A stretch of DNA of 39,134 bases from Octopus bimaculoides (GCF_001194135.2 NC_068997.1:35767777-35806910), one strand, 5' to 3'; numbered from the stretch's first letter, positions 23,281-35,695 are shown. The notes: generated from the letters alone by a model not told the origin. Translations and numbers: made by a program.

Positions 23281-23389
23281 GTAACACTGTATTGTATGTT
23301 TGTGTCAGGAATGGCTATGTCAGCCAAAGTAAGTGATCCTGCGATTGGCGGTTCTTACATGACTTTGTTAAATACTGTTAATAACTTGG
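23281..23389 (+). CDS. SLC33A1: Acetyl-CoA transporter 1 (SLC33A1/AT-1), internal exon: VTLYCMFVSGMAMSAKVSDPAIGGSYMTLLNTVNNL-G
   Basis: Hand translation matches the human AT-1 segment VTVYSMYVSIMAFNAKVSDPLIGGTYMTLLNTVSNLG. Acceptor is tttttatttag and donor gtaagt; 109 nt, phase 0 to 1. Confidence 0.95.
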
Positions 23390-23894
23390 GTAAGTGTTTT
23401 GATAATTACAGTGTTACTTTTGTAGCTCAGTTGAATCAGTAATATGATGGAATTAAAGGATAAGATGATGATAAATGTTTTGTTGTAATTGAAATTAACC
23501 TTAGTACAAGAGTAATATTTAACCAACATACCACCTTTTCTTTATTTTTTTTATGCTACTAGTATTTAAATTATAAAATATCAGTGCTATACTTAGTTGA
23601 GGTTCAGTTGCTATGATTATCTTTACCTACCTATATTATACTAAATACAAATTTTTATGTTGCAGAATAAATATTTTTATGTATGTTAGTTTTCTTAAAT
23701 GTTTTGTTATATTTAATGTATTTCTTTTCCTGTTATTTAAATATAAAGTTAAATAAAATAAATACTTAATAAAATAAAATAAATACTAAATATAAAGTAT
23801 TGGAGTATATTTATTAAAAAATAGATATTGAAAAATAATTTGTAATAAAATATTGAAGCACTTCTGGCATGTTGTTTTTAATTTTTCTGTTTAG

Positions 23895-23998
23895 GTGGCA
23901 ATTGGCCAGCTACAATTTCTTTATGGTTAGTTGATAGTCTGACAGTCAAGACTTGTTCTTCAGATAATAGTTCTTGTTCTGATGCAGTAAATGCTGAG
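23895..23998 (+). CDS. SLC33A1: SLC33A1 penultimate exon: (G)GNWPATISLWLVDSLTVKTCSSDNSSCSDAVNAE
   Basis: Matches human GGNWPSTVALWLVDPLTVKEC...DAVE. Acceptor ttttctgtttag, donor gtaaga; 104 nt, in phase with the previous exon. Confidence 0.95.
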
Positions 23999-24209
23999 GT
24001 AAGAAAATTTTTTTAATTGTTTCTTAAATATGCTTAGATCTAATTATGCCATCACCAATAAAAATGTCTACCTCTATGACAAAGATTTTCCATTATAGAA
24101 AAAAATTATTTATTCCGATTTTTTAAGGTTAATAATGTTTTTCATTTTCAAGTACATAATTTTAGTGACAATAAAATATTAGTATCTATAAATGGAATTA
24201 TAACTTTAT

Positions 24210-24530
24210 AGGTACAGGTGTGGCTTGTGGTAAAAAGTTTACTTCCCAACCACATTGCTCTGAGTTCCATCCCACTGTGTGACACCTGAGGCAAGTGTTT
24301 TCTACATCCCCTGGCCAACCAAAACCTTGTGAATGAATTTAGTAGACGTCTCTCATTTCTATATGTATGCGTGTGTGAGTGTATGTTACACTCTCTTTAT
24401 GCTGACATTGCACATAGTTGTAAATGAGTGTTGTTGTAATGCAAATGGTGTACTTTGTTTCTAATATTCTGGTCATGAGAAATTATTACCTTACTTGGAA
24501 ACAGGTGAAGGTTGGCAACAGAGAGGGCAT
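24210..24530 (+). mobile_element. Decayed tRNA-derived SINE in an SLC33A1 intron
   Basis: ggtgtggcttgtggtaaaaagtttacttcccaaccac...gagttccatcccactg...ggcaagtg, same head as 10068-10443. Confidence 0.75.
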
Positions 24531-25348
24531 CAAGGTATTGGGTTGGACAGTTTGATGAAAACTGGTAAGCTGGGGAGCTGCATCAGGTTTCAATCTGATT
24601 TGGCATGGTTTCTATGGCTGGATGCCCTTCCTAACGCCCAAATATGATACAAGGATGTGGTTAAACATTCACATAAAACAATGAAACATAAACAGAAAGC
24701 ACACAAATTTTGAAATTACTAAAAAAAAAAATAGAAATTATTGATTTCAAAGTGATTTATTTAGAGGGGTTTCTATATTGACAAGAAATCTTTACAATGA
24801 AGTGCAAAGAGATCATCAATTTGGAAGGAAATGACATCAATAATTTGAGAAAAATGGAAGACTCTGCAGCCAAAAATGAAAAAATCATTGCTTTAAGAAA
24901 TATGGGGATGTGTGAGAGTATGTGTGTATATGTATATGTGTGTGTGTGTAGATGGAACTTGTAACACAATGAAACAAAGACTGAGTCGTATCCATACCAT
25001 TTTATTGGATATGAATATCTTTACTATATATTATGGGCATCTAGAAGGTTTCACCAAATCTCCTTCTAGAACAATCAGGACAACATCAAAATGTCAGTTT
25101 GAAAGTTTGGGCTTGAAAGAATAGATAACTTTATATGACTGTCAAAGTATACTACATTTGCGGTCTTATATTTTACAACAATGAATTTTTTATACAAAAT
25201 TATCTGTAAAATATTGATGGAAAAAGAAAAGACAAGAATCGAAAAGGTAACATTTTGGACATGGTCTCCTAACCGTTGATGATAAGAGAGGATAATGGTA
25301 AAGATAACAAGATATCATCATCTAACTTTATGGTATCAAAAAGAAATT

Positions 25349-25760
25349 GTAGGTGCAGGCAAAGCTGTGGTTCAGAACTTTGCTTTCCAATCACATAACT
25401 TCGGGTTTAGGTCTACTGTGTGGTATATTGGGCAAGTGTCTTCTACTATAACCCCAGACCAACCAAAGTCTTGTAAGTCAATATGCTAGACAGAAACTGA
25501 AAAAAGCCTGTTGTGTATATTGTGTATATATAGTTCTGTGTGTGTGTGTGCATGCTTGTATGACCTTAACTTGATATTGCATGATACTTGTAAATGAGCA
25601 TCACCATTCATTTACAATCTTCCATGAAAACATGTCTGGCCATGGGAAAATATTACCTTGCTTGGAAACTGATAGTGTTGGCAACAGGAAAGACATCTGG
25701 CCATAGAAAATCTGCTTCAATAAATTTCATCTGACCTATGCAAGTATAAAATGAGGAACA
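25349..25760 (+). mobile_element. Decayed tRNA-derived SINE in an SLC33A1 intron
   Basis: Same head, (GT)n middle and ttgcttggaaac...ggcaacaggaa tail as the 24210 copy. Confidence 0.7.
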
Positions 25761-26899
25761 ATAAAATTATGCCAACAGCAACAACCCATTAATTCTTTTG
25801 CAGCCACAGATGATTTGATCTTATTTCCATATCTACTCAGAAGTGTTCAAGAACTAGTTTATAAATGAATATATAAGTGCATTTTATACATAGAAACAAT
25901 TTTAAGACAGTTATTTAAGTAAATAGTAAAACATTGCCTCAAGACACAAAGACAATGAAGTAGTATCTGAGAGAATTGGACTTTAAAATTATGGTTAAAT
26001 ACGATTGGTGTTTACAAAAAAAAGTGTACTAAAAATAACAATAGTTGCAAAGAAATAAAAGTCACTCTTTAGTAGAGTATCATTTCTTTTAACCAACACT
26101 CACTTTCTTGAACATTTATTTTTGGTATAATAAATATTTTACAAATATTGTGTTTTGTGAAATAATTTAATTAGGCTCACAAATTTTGAAATGCTATTAA
26201 AATTTAATATGCAGTGCAGTATAATCACCTAACTCAAATAGAGATATTCACGAACTATTGTTGTTGCTTTTAATACTTTTGTTTAACTACATCTCAGTGT
26301 CATATTTCAATTTTCAGTCCTCCTTTATCTTAATTATATCAACTACTCCCACAAATGTTTTTGGATAATTTTTATAGATTTGTTGTAGATATTCTATTTA
26401 ATTCTCTGATCTCATTTTATATATACTTAAAGTGTTCAAGAACTAGATTATAGATAAATGTCAAAATTCACTTCTTACATAGACATGATTTTAAGAAAAT
26501 TGTAAATTATTGCCTCAGGACAATAGAAAAATGGTATCAGAAAAGAGGAAGAGGAAGACAATGACTTGCAGATGATAGATGAGCCCATGATGAATGTTGT
26601 AAAAAGAAATGGGATGATCTAGCTTGGTCTTGTGTTGAGGAAGGATAGAAGTGACTGAAAAGAGTGATGGAAATGAATGCAGAAGTAGAGAAAGGGGAAG
26701 AGAGATAAAAACAAAGTTATGGAGGGCAAAGGGGTTACTGAGGAGAATGTAGAGAAATGCCATGATCATCACAAGATTAACCTCTACAATAGCAAGGAAA
26801 ATGGCCTTAAAACTCTTGTTTTATAACATTTCTATGCCTGTATTTTTAGTGTTTCTTTTTCTTGGTTTTATAAATTACTTTATCTACTCTTTCCTTTCC

Positions 26900-28130
26900 T
26901 CTGTTCAAAATGCCTATTAGCTATACTTTGTAATTGAATCAGAAAGACAGACTTTACTGAAGCTTTTTTTATCACAACCTTTGTTGACTTCTTGCTTCTT
27001 ATTTATTTTATATTGTTTGTTATTGTTTAGTCTCAAGTCAGCCTTGATAGACATTCCATCCATAACCTGTCTTTTGGAGTACCTAGGACAATATAGTTTT
27101 AGATAACCTAAAATATGTTCTCCCATTTTATTAAGATTGTGGGATGTAATATGAGGGAGATAGATTCGTTATTTCTCTCACTATACATACCACTTCAAAA
27201 AGTCCAAAAAATATTTTGCCTTATATGGGTTTTTATTAGACTTTATTGATGGAGCCTTGTTGAAATTTCCAGTAGACTGACCATCAATAATCATCAAGCT
27301 TTTTCTATTTATTTCACACTGTATAAATGGTTTTTAGTTACCCACTATCACCATATTTGCCACAAAAATCTTTCTTCTGTTGACCCAAAAACATGAAATG
27401 TAAAAATTAAATTTCTTCTTATATTAATCAATTCTTTTAACTGTAGATAATTATTAATATTTTATACTGCCATTTACCACTCTTGAAAATTCACCTTTTT
27501 GTTTCTTTCCCTTCTTTGAATCATAAGCATTCATTGGGCTGGTGTTTATCTCCAATTTCCATACTATTTAAGAGATGAGAAATAAAACCTCTACTTGTAT
27601 AGGATGCTTGTTTATTATAAGTTACCCTTCCTGGGGAAGGAACTGAACTCTGTACTAGAAGCTAAAATATCCATCAATTCTTTAATAAACCCTTTCAGAC
27701 TGATGAGAATTGTGTGTTAAGTTGGAACTTCTTTGTGTTAATGTTTGTTGAGTAAAGAAAATCAGGGATAGTGTTCCAAAGAGTTACAGTTTTAAGAAGG
27801 CAGGATTTGGAAAACTATTTACTGAATTTGAAGGAGAGGTACTGTGAAGATGACAAAAGAAAAATAGGGGGATGTATCAGCAGAATATACAGAAGGAGAA
27901 CATACAGCAAGCATAATTTGTGAGTGAAGATTTATCTTAGAGTGTATTGGTATATTCTCAGACATTTATAGCTATGTGAGTAGGTTTGTTAGTGCTTTGT
28001 AGATGTCTGCAACTGTTCACAACTGAAAATTATTCAAACTTTGGAGAAAGATTATCAGAGATTGCAAAACCTGACATTTGTGGAGTCTGAGATTTTACTT
28101 GTGCTGTTCAGGAATTGGGAAGAGACTATT
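26900..28130 (-). mobile_element. Heavily decayed LINE ORF2 remnant (L1-like?)
   Basis: Broken - frames with a YSADT (YADD-like) segment near 27870-27900 and GTPKDRLW near 27070. Low similarity. Confidence 0.3.
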
Positions 28131-28158
28131 TTGTTGTGTTAAATAAAACTAAGTTGGT

Positions 28159-28282
28159 ATGTCCTTATTGGAGGAAATTTTCAAAATCAATTGAAATACT
28201 ATGATTCACATAACCAAATCATGTCCTTATTGAAGGAAATTTTCAAAATCAACTGAAATACTATGATTCATGTAACCAGATC
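28159..28282. repeat. Tandem duplication, 2 x 62 bp
   Basis: atgtccttattg...taaccaRatc at 28159-28220 and 28221-28282, with about 5 mismatches. Confidence 0.9.
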
Positions 28283-28707
28283 ATGGCAATTTTTTCTAAA
28301 ACTGCCATGATCATTTAGAACTAGAACAAACATATTTTAAATATAATATATTTGTTTAAATAAAATGTGTTTTTAATATAAATATTTTCACCCAGTGGGC
28401 TACTTGATTTCTTGACTGTTTTGATTCTTATTTAATCTACTGTTTCTTATTAATAGTTCTAAACTATTTCCAGTTACAAAAAGAGTTGTACAAATTCCTG
28501 TGGAAACTAGCTGGCTTGATACTGGTAGATTTGGACATTACTAAAAAAAAACAGTTATATTTTTAATAAAACTAGTATAAATTATATTTTGAAATTTAAA
28601 ACATACCTATATGCTTTTATATGTGAAATTAATAGATTTCCTTGCTGTTTGTATTCATTATATTGTATTATATATTATTGATTTTTTCCATTTTCTTATC
28701 TTTTTAG

Positions 28708-28872
28708 ATATGCACTGAAAATGGTGGAACATGTTTAACTGTAATTGATGGATATTACATAGAAATTGTGTTTTGTTTAGTCATTGGTCTCCTCTGGTAT
28801 TTTAATAGAAGGTCTACCATTAACCGATTACAGAACCTTAAAGCAGACCACTGGAAAGTGCCAAGACAATGA
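28708..28872 (+). CDS. SLC33A1: SLC33A1 terminal exon: ICTENGGTCLTVIDGYYIEIVFCLVIGLLWYFNRRSTINRLQNLKADHWKVPRQ*
   Basis: Matches human LCKKLGGSCVTALDGYYVESIICVFIGFGWW...KLQ...WK. Long polypyrimidine acceptor, TGA stop, phase 0. Confidence 0.95.
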   Translation: MCTENGGTCLTVIDGYYIEIVFCLVIGLLWYFNRRSTINRLQNLKADHWKVPRQ

Positions 28873-28935
28873 CATTCTAGTAGCTTACATAATATTTAGT
28901 GTTTATTATCAACAAAAGCTAATAGTTCAAAGAAT

Positions 28936-28941
28936 AATAAA
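28936..28941 (+). terminator. Candidate polyadenylation signal of SLC33A1
   Basis: AATAAA about 65 nt after the stop codon, followed by T-rich sequence. Confidence 0.45.
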
Positions 28942-29314
28942 CATTTTAATTTGAAAATATTTTTGAAAGCTGTAAATTCAATCTTTTTTTCTTTCTTTCT
29001 TTTTCTCCCTTTCCATTTCCACAAGTCTTGTACTGTCATGCTATTTTTAGATAATAGTGTAAATCCAAGTACTTACCTTGTTGCAAAATGCCTCTTTGGA
29101 ACCTCTGAAGACTAATTTTTTAGCAGTGTAAGGACAGTTAATGTCAACAGTGATTTCTCAGTGATGGGTACTACCAACCAAGAAGCCAAACTTGCTACTG
29201 GCCCAACTTTTTTGTCTTTGATCTCTTCAAGCGATCAAGACTTAATTTGTTTGAAACTTGTGCAAACCCAAATCATCAGCTCCTGAATATGTATGTATGT
29301 TTGTACACATACAC

Positions 29315-29500
29315 ATATCATCATCATCATCATCATCAACATTTAATGTCCGTTTTCCATGCTGTCATGGATTGGACAGCTTGACAGGAACTGGCAAGGC
29401 CAGAGGCTGCACCAGGTTTCTACAGTTGGGTGCCCTTCCTAATGCCAGCCACTTTACAGAGTGAACTGGGTGCTTTTTATGTGTCATCAGCATCCACACC
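29315..29500 (-). mobile_element. RTE/SINE-type 3' tail with (CAT)n
   Basis: catcatcat...atttaatgtccgttttccatgc...ttggacagcttgacagg. Confidence 0.7.
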
Positions 29501-29890
29501 AATACTTTTTATGCGGCACCTTGGTTTTAGGGTCTCAATTCTATTGTGATGGGTGGGTCTTCTTGAATACAGCAATGCAACACATGTCTCAGTCCTCAGT
29601 CATCTCCTTCATAAAGTTCAGCATTTTGAGATCAGCATTCAATAGGAAGTATTGAAGGCTAATCTCAAAACACTGAACATATATATTAACCAAATATGCG
29701 GCTGGTGTAAAGCTCCAGCCAGACAAGGGTTAATGAGACAGTGAGGTAGACAGACTCATAAAAGTGAAGAGACAGACTTGGGAAGACTGGAAGAATGAGA
29801 GCAGCTGAGAATTATATCAGACTAGCAGTAATACCTGTTATTAATTGGGTAATTACTTTTATTCTTTCTCGGGAGCCACATTCAAAGTGT

Positions 29891-29927
<37 letters not shown>

Positions 29928-30084
29928 TTTACTCCTTCTGTGTGTGTGTATTTTATAAGAAAAAAACATATAATTTAAGTAGAAAAAAGATCAATTTCAT
30001 ACATGAACTTCTGTTTGTTTATTATATGACAATAATAAGCGAGTTCTATGTGTTATTTAATACAGTAATGGCAATTATATAATA

Positions 30085-30205
30085 TACAAGGCTTTGGTCG
30101 GCACGGAATTGTAATGAAAGAGAATTGCACAATGTGCCGTTGTGGGACTGAGCCCAATGCGACATGGTTTGAAAGCAAGCTTCTCAATCACACAGCTACG
30201 CCTAT
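30085..30205 (-). mobile_element. SINE head fragment
   Basis: Reverse complement reads ataggcgtagctgtgtgattgagaagcttgctttc...ggctcagtcccac. Confidence 0.65.
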
Positions 30206-30331
30206 AAAAGAGAGATCCATTTTGGATAATATACTCCTTGATACAATATGCTTAACAAAAAGATGAGATGTTTACAGCGAGAAGACCTTTGACTTTAATA
30301 TTCACTTGAGCAACACATATGCTACACCATA

Positions 30332-30817
30332 CTGGGTGTTCCAGAATTAACTATCTGTTTCAATGAAATTGAGAAAATAAAAAAAAAAAACTGACAGTAT
30401 TTTATGTTTATTATCAAAACAAATAGTTTTATAAATCTCACGTCAGACTTTTATTGAAAATTTTCAACATATCTGTATCCCTGCATACTTCAAATCTCTC
30501 CTTAGCTTTATGAAACACATTTTGAAGCATTTCAGGAGTTAGCTCCTGCACTGCTAACTGAATGTGCTCTTTAAGCTCAGCTAAATGATTGCTCCATCTT
30601 GGGAATGGAGGTAAAGAAAATGGTTGCTGCCAAATTGAAAAAAAGCTGTCATGGACAAATAAGAGGGGTCCAACAGGAATGAAAATAAAATTATAAACAA
30701 AATTCAAAATTTATACACTTTTAACACATACTAAACATGATAAACATAAATAAAGGTGAGTTTTTTTTAAAATGCATCTGATTTCACTCAAATCATCATT
30801 AATCCTGGGACACCCTG
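30332..30817 (-). mobile_element. Internally deleted Tc1/mariner element (486 bp)
   Basis: TA at both ends and 19-bp TIRs matching 16/19 (ctgggtgttccagaattaa / ttaatcctgggacaccctg). Transposase C-terminus LAELKEHIQLAVQELTPEMLQNVF...RFEVC. Confidence 0.8.
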
Positions 30818-30865
30818 TATTTTGTCATCCGACTAAATGAGGGAGAGAACACAGAGGGTGAGGGC

Positions 30866-31652
30866 TAATTGCAGGTGGCGAGCATAGCTTCCAGAAGTGG
30901 TCACACAGTCAAACTCAAATGGCTGTGAGTCACAACAGCAGTTTGATTTTTTGTATGAACATTTTGCATTATATAGTTCAGACATGGATGACATAGAAAG
31001 CGGACATGCTGCCAGGCCATGCTGTATTGTGCAGGATTGGAAACAAGAAACATCAACAGGGCATTTCTGGAGAATAGACTAATGGGTTTGTTGTGCCTTT
31101 ACCCAGCTGCACACACAAACACATGGCCCCATGGTGTGCAGGATGGTAACATGAAACATCAACAGGGCACCGACAAAAAATTTTATGTTCTTCTCATTTC
31201 CTCTGCCAAATTGGACAAAAAGGTTTTCATGAAATATTATATGCTACTTATAATGCATAAGTAGTGTCAATATTTTATTGCCGGAAAATGGCCTAAAACA
31301 AAGGTAAAACCCAGCGCAGTATATTCACATCTGATTAATCTGCATTTTAGTGGGGCCCATAGTTGGTGTGGGAAATTTTTTTTTAGTCAACAACAATTCA
31401 AGGAGCCTGGTTAATGTTTGTTGCAAATTTGGAGGAAAGTGACTGGATACTCTTCAAGTTACAGGCCTTAATACTGCGAAAATGCTTAAAAAATGTGGTC
31501 TATCTGCCCTTAGGCCCACATTAGGCAAGAAGTTGAAAATCTTTTTGGCTCATGACACTTCATGGACCCTATGTAATGCATTAAAATCGGTGGGGTGGAT
31601 CTCGAGTTTTAACAACATGACAAACACACATCCTGTGTTTTATATATATAGA
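30866..31652 (-). mobile_element. Possible non-autonomous Helitron
   Basis: The 5' end on - (A|TCTATATATATAAAACACAGGATGTGTGTTTGTC) resembles the Helitron end at 9058. The 3' hairpin and CTAG are only degenerate. Confidence 0.35.
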
Positions 31653-31679
31653 TAGCAAGAAGACAAGATATGTGATAGG

Positions 31680-33060
31680 TTTACTTAGCAAATAGAAAGT
31701 AAGAGGTTTGTCAATGTTTTACAAGATGAAAATCTGAAGCATGAGATGTCCCAGATTGCAAGACTATATCAGAAGGAATCAAGATGTGAGTGAGAAGTGT
31801 GTATAAATGGATGATGGGACTCTTGAACTTAGTGCTACTATGAAAGGTTATGTGAAGAATGCATGGGAAAAAGAGGGTTTCCTCAATGTGGATCCAACAG
31901 AGGAACCAGCTATACTATTCTTTTCTACTCTAGGCACAAGCCCCAAAATTTGGTGGTGGGGGGGCAGTCAATCAGATTGACCCCAGTACGCTACTGTACT
32001 TAATTTATCGAACCCGAAAGAATGAAAGACAAAGTCAACCTCAACAGAAGAATCAGCTCTACTATTGATAGTAGTATGACAGATAAAGTAACTAAGGACA
32101 TAAAGGCTAGAAAAGCCCTTGAACCATAAGGAGTTACCACTGAGATGCTGAACTTATCTGGCAGAGTGAGATACAGCGTAGTTACCCATGTAGTCAGTTG
32201 GATTGTACAAAAAGGTGTCATATCCAATAACTGATACAGCAGCATCATAGTCAACAGTTACAAGAAGATATTATATAGAGAGAAAATTACTGAAGTGTTA
32301 AATTGCTGGACCAGGTCATGAAAGTTATGGAGAGGGTTATAGTTCACATTTAATTAGAGAGAGAGAGTTAAACTAGATGAAATGTAGTTTTGTTTTTGTG
32401 CTAGGGAGATACTATGGATGCTCTCTTCCAAGTACATGAGAATACTTAGCATTCACCAACTTAACTTAGAGAAAGCTTTTGAGAAAAGCCTTTGCTGAGT
32501 CATCTGGTGGTCGCAGGGAAAGCTAAGGGTAAACAAATGGTTTGAGAGTGTCTTAAAAGCCATGTACAGAGATGCTGTCAGTTAGGTGAGAATTAACAAG
32601 AGCACAGTGAGGAGTTTGGTTAGAAAGTAGGGGCTGGCCAGGGCTTGGTTTGCAGTCACCTTCTATTTATCATAGTCTTCCAGGTTTAACAGAAGAGTGT
32701 GAGACTGGTTGTCTGTGGGAACTCCTTTATGCTGATTACCTCATTATTATAGCTGAATCTGTAGTAGAATTAGAAAAGAAATTCCAGATGTGGAACCAAA
32801 ACCTGGAATAAAAAGCCTCAAAATTAACATAGCAAACAGTAAGTAGGAAAACAGATACATCTCTGCTTCCATCAAAGAAACTGTCCTATTCAATATGTAG
32901 AAAAAAGTAGGTAGAAATTCCCTACAGTGTACCCAATGCAAACTAAGAACACATAATCATGCATGGGTAAGTTAACAGAGAAAGTAGACTTTGTATGTGA
33001 CAAGTGCTTAAAAGCAACAAGTACCAAGAGCACACAGGAAATAGACTTTCTCAAACCTGC
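31680..33060 (+). mobile_element. Decayed RTE LINE interrupted by a SINE tail (about 31915-32045)
   Basis: Matches the reverse complement of the RTE at 16270-16700 and 18760-19620 (gagatgctgaacttatctggc..., ctggaccaggtcatgaaagtt). Confidence 0.75.
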
Positions 33061-33103
33061 CTACCCATACATCATCTCTCATCCATCCCCTATCTACTGT
33101 ATT

Positions 33104-33134
<31 letters not shown>

Positions 33135-33934
33135 TTATTATTGTTATTATTATTCTCTTCATCTCTGTTACTGTCAGTTATCACCTACTTTCTTCTACTT
33201 TCTCCCAACTCGGTATCATTTATCACTCTTATCCATCATTCACTACATCCATCATGCAACCTTACCCAATCTTCTACTATTACCTACCAACATATCTTTT
33301 ATTTTCCCCTTGTTTCAGTCATGGACTGCAGTCATGCTGGGGATACTGCCTTGAAGGATTTAAATCAAATAAATCAACCCCAGAATTTTTGTTTTTTTAA
33401 GTCTGATACTTATTCTGTTGATTTCTTTGGCCAAACACTAACACTGCTAAGTATATTTATTATCAGCCACCCTTCAACCCTTGTTCTTCATTATATTTTC
33501 CCATTCACCCATCCCCATCTCTAACTATCCTTCACTCTCTCCTTACACTCTTGCAACTGTTACTCACACTCACTCTTTGTTCTTCTTTCCTCACTTCTAT
33601 TCACCTTCTTGTACCATCAGGGTCCACCCAATCACTTTACCACTACTATTTTATGTCTATCCAAATTTACCTTGGTTACTCCTACTCACTCATCTATACA
33701 GGGGTTGCCATCTAGCTCCCCTGCAGCAAGGAACCTGTTCTGTTCTGGCCTCTTCTTTCATACTGAACCACATGTCTCCTATCATATAGCTGCTTTCCTC
33801 TCTACTATAGCCTCATTCTATTGAAGGAGATGTTAGTCATGCGAGCTACATGGCAACCTCCCTAGTATTTGTGTCATGAAAAAAGCACCCAGTGCACTGT
33901 AAAGTGATTGGCGTTTGGAAGGGCACTCATCATA

Positions 33935-34560
33935 TTAAGCAGGTGTTAGAGCACAATACAGTTCTTAAACATGTTGGATCCATGGTGCATCTATTGATAA
34001 TACTCCTCTCAAGGTTGTGTCACTCTGTGTGGTAGGAGAGGCAGAATCTCAGACTAAAACTGTTGTAGTAACCTAAATTGAAATTTCTGGACCTGTCTGG
34101 AGCCATAGGCATTTGAAAAGTCTAGCCACAATACTACCAGGTTTTTAAAATTTTTTCTAGCTTCCCTGATCAACTGGCGGACTGTACCTAGTGTTCCAAA
34201 CATCCTGATACATTTGAGGTACCTTTTTATCTGAAATGAGATATCAATGTTGGAGTTCCTCATGTGGTAATCTATTCAGTACAACGATGCTGAAGAGTAC
34301 CTTTCTTCTGACATTGCATAACAAGATTATTCTAAACTTGCTGATGGCTTTGAGTCTATTTCATTTAGAATCTATACCACTCCTGCATTGCTCCACAGCT
34401 GAGTGATCTTACCCCACCTCCATATCATCATCAGTATTCTCCACAGCCTGTGGAGAATACTGTACATCTTATAAGGTCCTGGGGCTGAATATGTCCTTAC
34501 TCACTCAACCACCTCATGGACCTCTTTCCTACTAAGCTCCCATCAAGTTTTAGAGCTGGT
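33935..34560 (-). mobile_element. HERO/R4-group (restriction-like endonuclease type) non-LTR retrotransposon RT fragment
   Basis: YKMYSILHRLWRILMMIWRWGK, FRIILLCNV, IDISFQ, VRQLIREARKNFKNLVVLWLDFSNAYGS. Confidence 0.65.
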
Positions 34561-34652
34561 GCACTTCAAATATAATACAGGTACAAACAGAATTCATTCA
34601 CATGACTGCCTCAGGAAAAAATAAAAGTGTTATTACTTTTTGAAATATATTT

Positions 34653-35275
34653 GACAGGTTTGGGTCAGTTTGTCTACCTGACATGTTTTGTCTATCTCAC
34701 TCAATGAATTTGCTTTGGCCTCGATGACAGCCTCCAGGCAACCTTGGAACCAACCACAGGCTTTTGTCAGTATCTCCTGATTTAGGCCCTTGTAATCCTG
34801 GCAGCTTGTTCTTCATGTTGCAGTTGGATTTGTTGGTCTCTTGTTCCACTGCAACCCACATGAAGAAGTCAAAGGGGCTGCAGTCAAGTGAGTTGAGAGT
34901 CCAAATGTCACATCCTTGAGTGAGACAGCAAGCCACCTGTTGTTCTGGGAGTTGATTTTCTGGTCTTGGCAGAAATTCTTCTCATTAGCGAAGAACCACA
35001 GCATGTCTGGCACTAGTGGGTGTTTCAACTTGTTTGATCAGCTTCTTGGTAAGCTTGAGTTACTCTCCTTGCATTGCCTTGAACAGAAATTCTCTACCTC
35101 ATCTTATATGAAAAGTGGCAAATGTTCTCAGCCTGATGAGATTTCATTCCCACCTTTCTCCTATGCAATGGCACACAACTTACTTCGATTATTGTTGATG
35201 ATCTAGATTTCAGCGACAAATTCTGGTGTTCTAATGGCATCAGATTGTCAATCATGGGTTTTTCTTCTCTTCTGT
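34653..35275 (-). mobile_element. Tc1/mariner transposase remnant
   Basis: KINSQNNRWLA and IWTLNSLDCSPFDFFMW (WPPNSPDCNPLDY-like) AVEQETNK. Only one likely terminus is seen. Confidence 0.75.
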
Positions 35276-35695
35276 CACCTCATAGTTGAATCCTGAATAT
35301 TCCAGCTCCTTTCTGACCTCTTCCACCATCCTTCTACTGAAGTCTGAAATCTTGTTTGTCTTTTGGGTGTCAATTCCAAGGAGGACTCATGCCTCTTCCA
35401 CAAATTGGGGGGGAGGGGGTTCAAAAAATATCCATTGTCAATTATTATGCAAAAAAAAATAAAGCAAGAATGGTTATTGCTTTTAAAAAAGAAAAAGACC
35501 AACAACAAAAGTAAAAAAAACATGCATAAAATTAGCATTTGGAAATTGCAAATGAATACCACTCACATCCTGTATAATATATAAAAATATTTCTACCTAT
35601 GAATGACTCCATAACATAGTTTTAACTTTATCAAAACAGAGATTATCTACATTATTTACATTGGACGGATAGGTGTCCTCATCTTGTTTGTTGTT

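Noticed and set aside
27243-27290. 10-bp perfect inverted repeat TTATTGATGG / CCATCAATAA, and a CTGATGA at about 27696
   Set aside because: No complete hammerhead core or stems; plausible by chance in AT-rich decayed LINE DNA.
29078-29282. Apparent - strand exon (ttcag acceptor, gtaagt donor)
   Set aside because: It has stops in all three frames. The ADDLGL...LDRL-like text fits a decayed LINE RT better.
32963-33824. Several overlapping hydrophobic ORFs
   Set aside because: They arise from (ATT)n and pyrimidine-rich low-complexity sequence after an RTE, with no conserved domain or splice support.
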